Positions 63,130 through 64,000 of a stretch of DNA of 64,000 bases are shown in pieces. The notes beneath the pieces were generated by a model. It had not been told where the DNA came from. It saw nothing but the letters and a program-made list of their open reading frames with translations, and made no database searches. The position numbers and the translations under genes are program-made. Numbering within the stretch: the first letter of the stretch is position 1; each line of letters opens with the position of its first letter. The DNA is from Octopus sinensis (lineage: Eukaryota), in assembly GCF_006345805.1 (NCBI RefSeq), contig NC_043004.1, forward strand, positions 103,664,001-103,728,000. The letters run 5' to 3'.

Positions 63130-64000
63130 GACGTCGCATAGTATATAATATCGTGAGGTTGTTGATTGAAGATATTGTGTCTACCGGGGTTTTGTAATGT
63201 TTGCCAAGTCACAACAAGGACCTCAAACAGGCAGTGCTTTACGCAATATGCGTGCAGTTCCAAGTTTCTAAAGTTTTCAGATGTTTTTTAGATTGGGTAG
63301 TATTGAACCCAATGCTCCGATGACAATAGGGGTAACCTTTATGTTTGACTCTCGTAGCTGCCACATTTTAGCAATCTCAATTCTCAGGTCTCCATATTTA
63401 TCAACCTTTTCTATTTTTTTCATGATGATATGCTGATCTCCTGGCACTGCTACATCAATTATTAGGCACTCTTGTTTGTCCCTCCTAAAGGTTACTATAT
63501 CCGGCCTTCGGTGTTCTAATACCTTGCCTGTCTCGAAATCAAAGTCCCAGGAGATTTTTGCCTTCCCTTTTCGTCCATTACCTTTTCCGGTGTATGTTGG
63601 TACCAAGCACCAGTAACTTCATATTCACACTTACGGTATAGTAGGCAGTGGAGGTTTTGGACCTTGTCGTGTCTACGCTTGTACTCTTTCTGCGCAAGAG
63701 TTTCACAAGCACTAACAATGTGAGTCGCGCTTTCGACCCTCTTCCTACATATTCTGCAGAGGTCCGTTGTACTCGTGTAGTATATATTCTTTTTCTCTGA
63801 GTTGGAATTCAATGCCTAATCCCGGGCAGCGATGATTAGGCTTTCAGTATTCTTTTTTTTTAAGGTTATCTTTGTTAAGCCACCTCCATAATACTTCCTG
63901 GTCTTTTAATTTGTTGGTTTCACAGTGGAACTGACCATGTAATTCCATGCGGAGTAGGGTTTTTTCTCTCTCATTGGCTGTTCTTGATCAGAATTCATGA
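63130..64000 (-). mobile_element. 3' part of a further R4/Dong-like family ending in (TAA)n (runs off the window)
   Basis: ELHGQFHCE..IIAARD..CRICRKRVESATHIVSAC..YKRRHDKV..RPDIVTF..LIIDVAVPGD..KYGDL..PIVIGALGSI. Confidence 0.92.

Overview
AT-rich, repeat-saturated animal genomic DNA. The SINE families, the microsatellite load ((TA)n, (TG)n, (TATG)n, (TATC)n, (TTA)n) and the LINE types look like an octopus (coleoid cephalopod) genome; this is recognition from memory, not a database result. Almost all long ORFs in the track are microsatellite artefacts. Supportable content: (i) three abundant tRNA-head SINE families (called A, B, C here); (ii) DNA transposons: an internally deleted DD37D/maT-like element with TIRs and TA TSD, a DD34D mariner fragment, five mariner MITEs, hAT-like and foldback MITEs, three non-autonomous Helitrons and one Helentron-type element; (iii) LINE remnants: RTE, Tx1/L1-like, HERO-like, and many R4/Dong-clade REL-endonuclease elements, four of them co-oriented and ending in (TAA)n tracts at 53-64 kb; (iv) Penelope-like terminal remnants next to (TA)n, one carrying a recognisable minimal type I hammerhead ribozyme (25917-25974, minus) and two carrying a hammerhead-shaped fold with a variant core; (v) a likely host-gene terminal coding exon (9891-10155) inside a CpG-decayed domain covering roughly the first 14-15 kb, and a candidate signal-peptide first exon at 49700-49800 that is partly duplicated next to a Helitron. 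No CRISPR array, rRNA or true tRNA gene was found. Repeat boundaries are approximate unless TIR/TSD positions are given.
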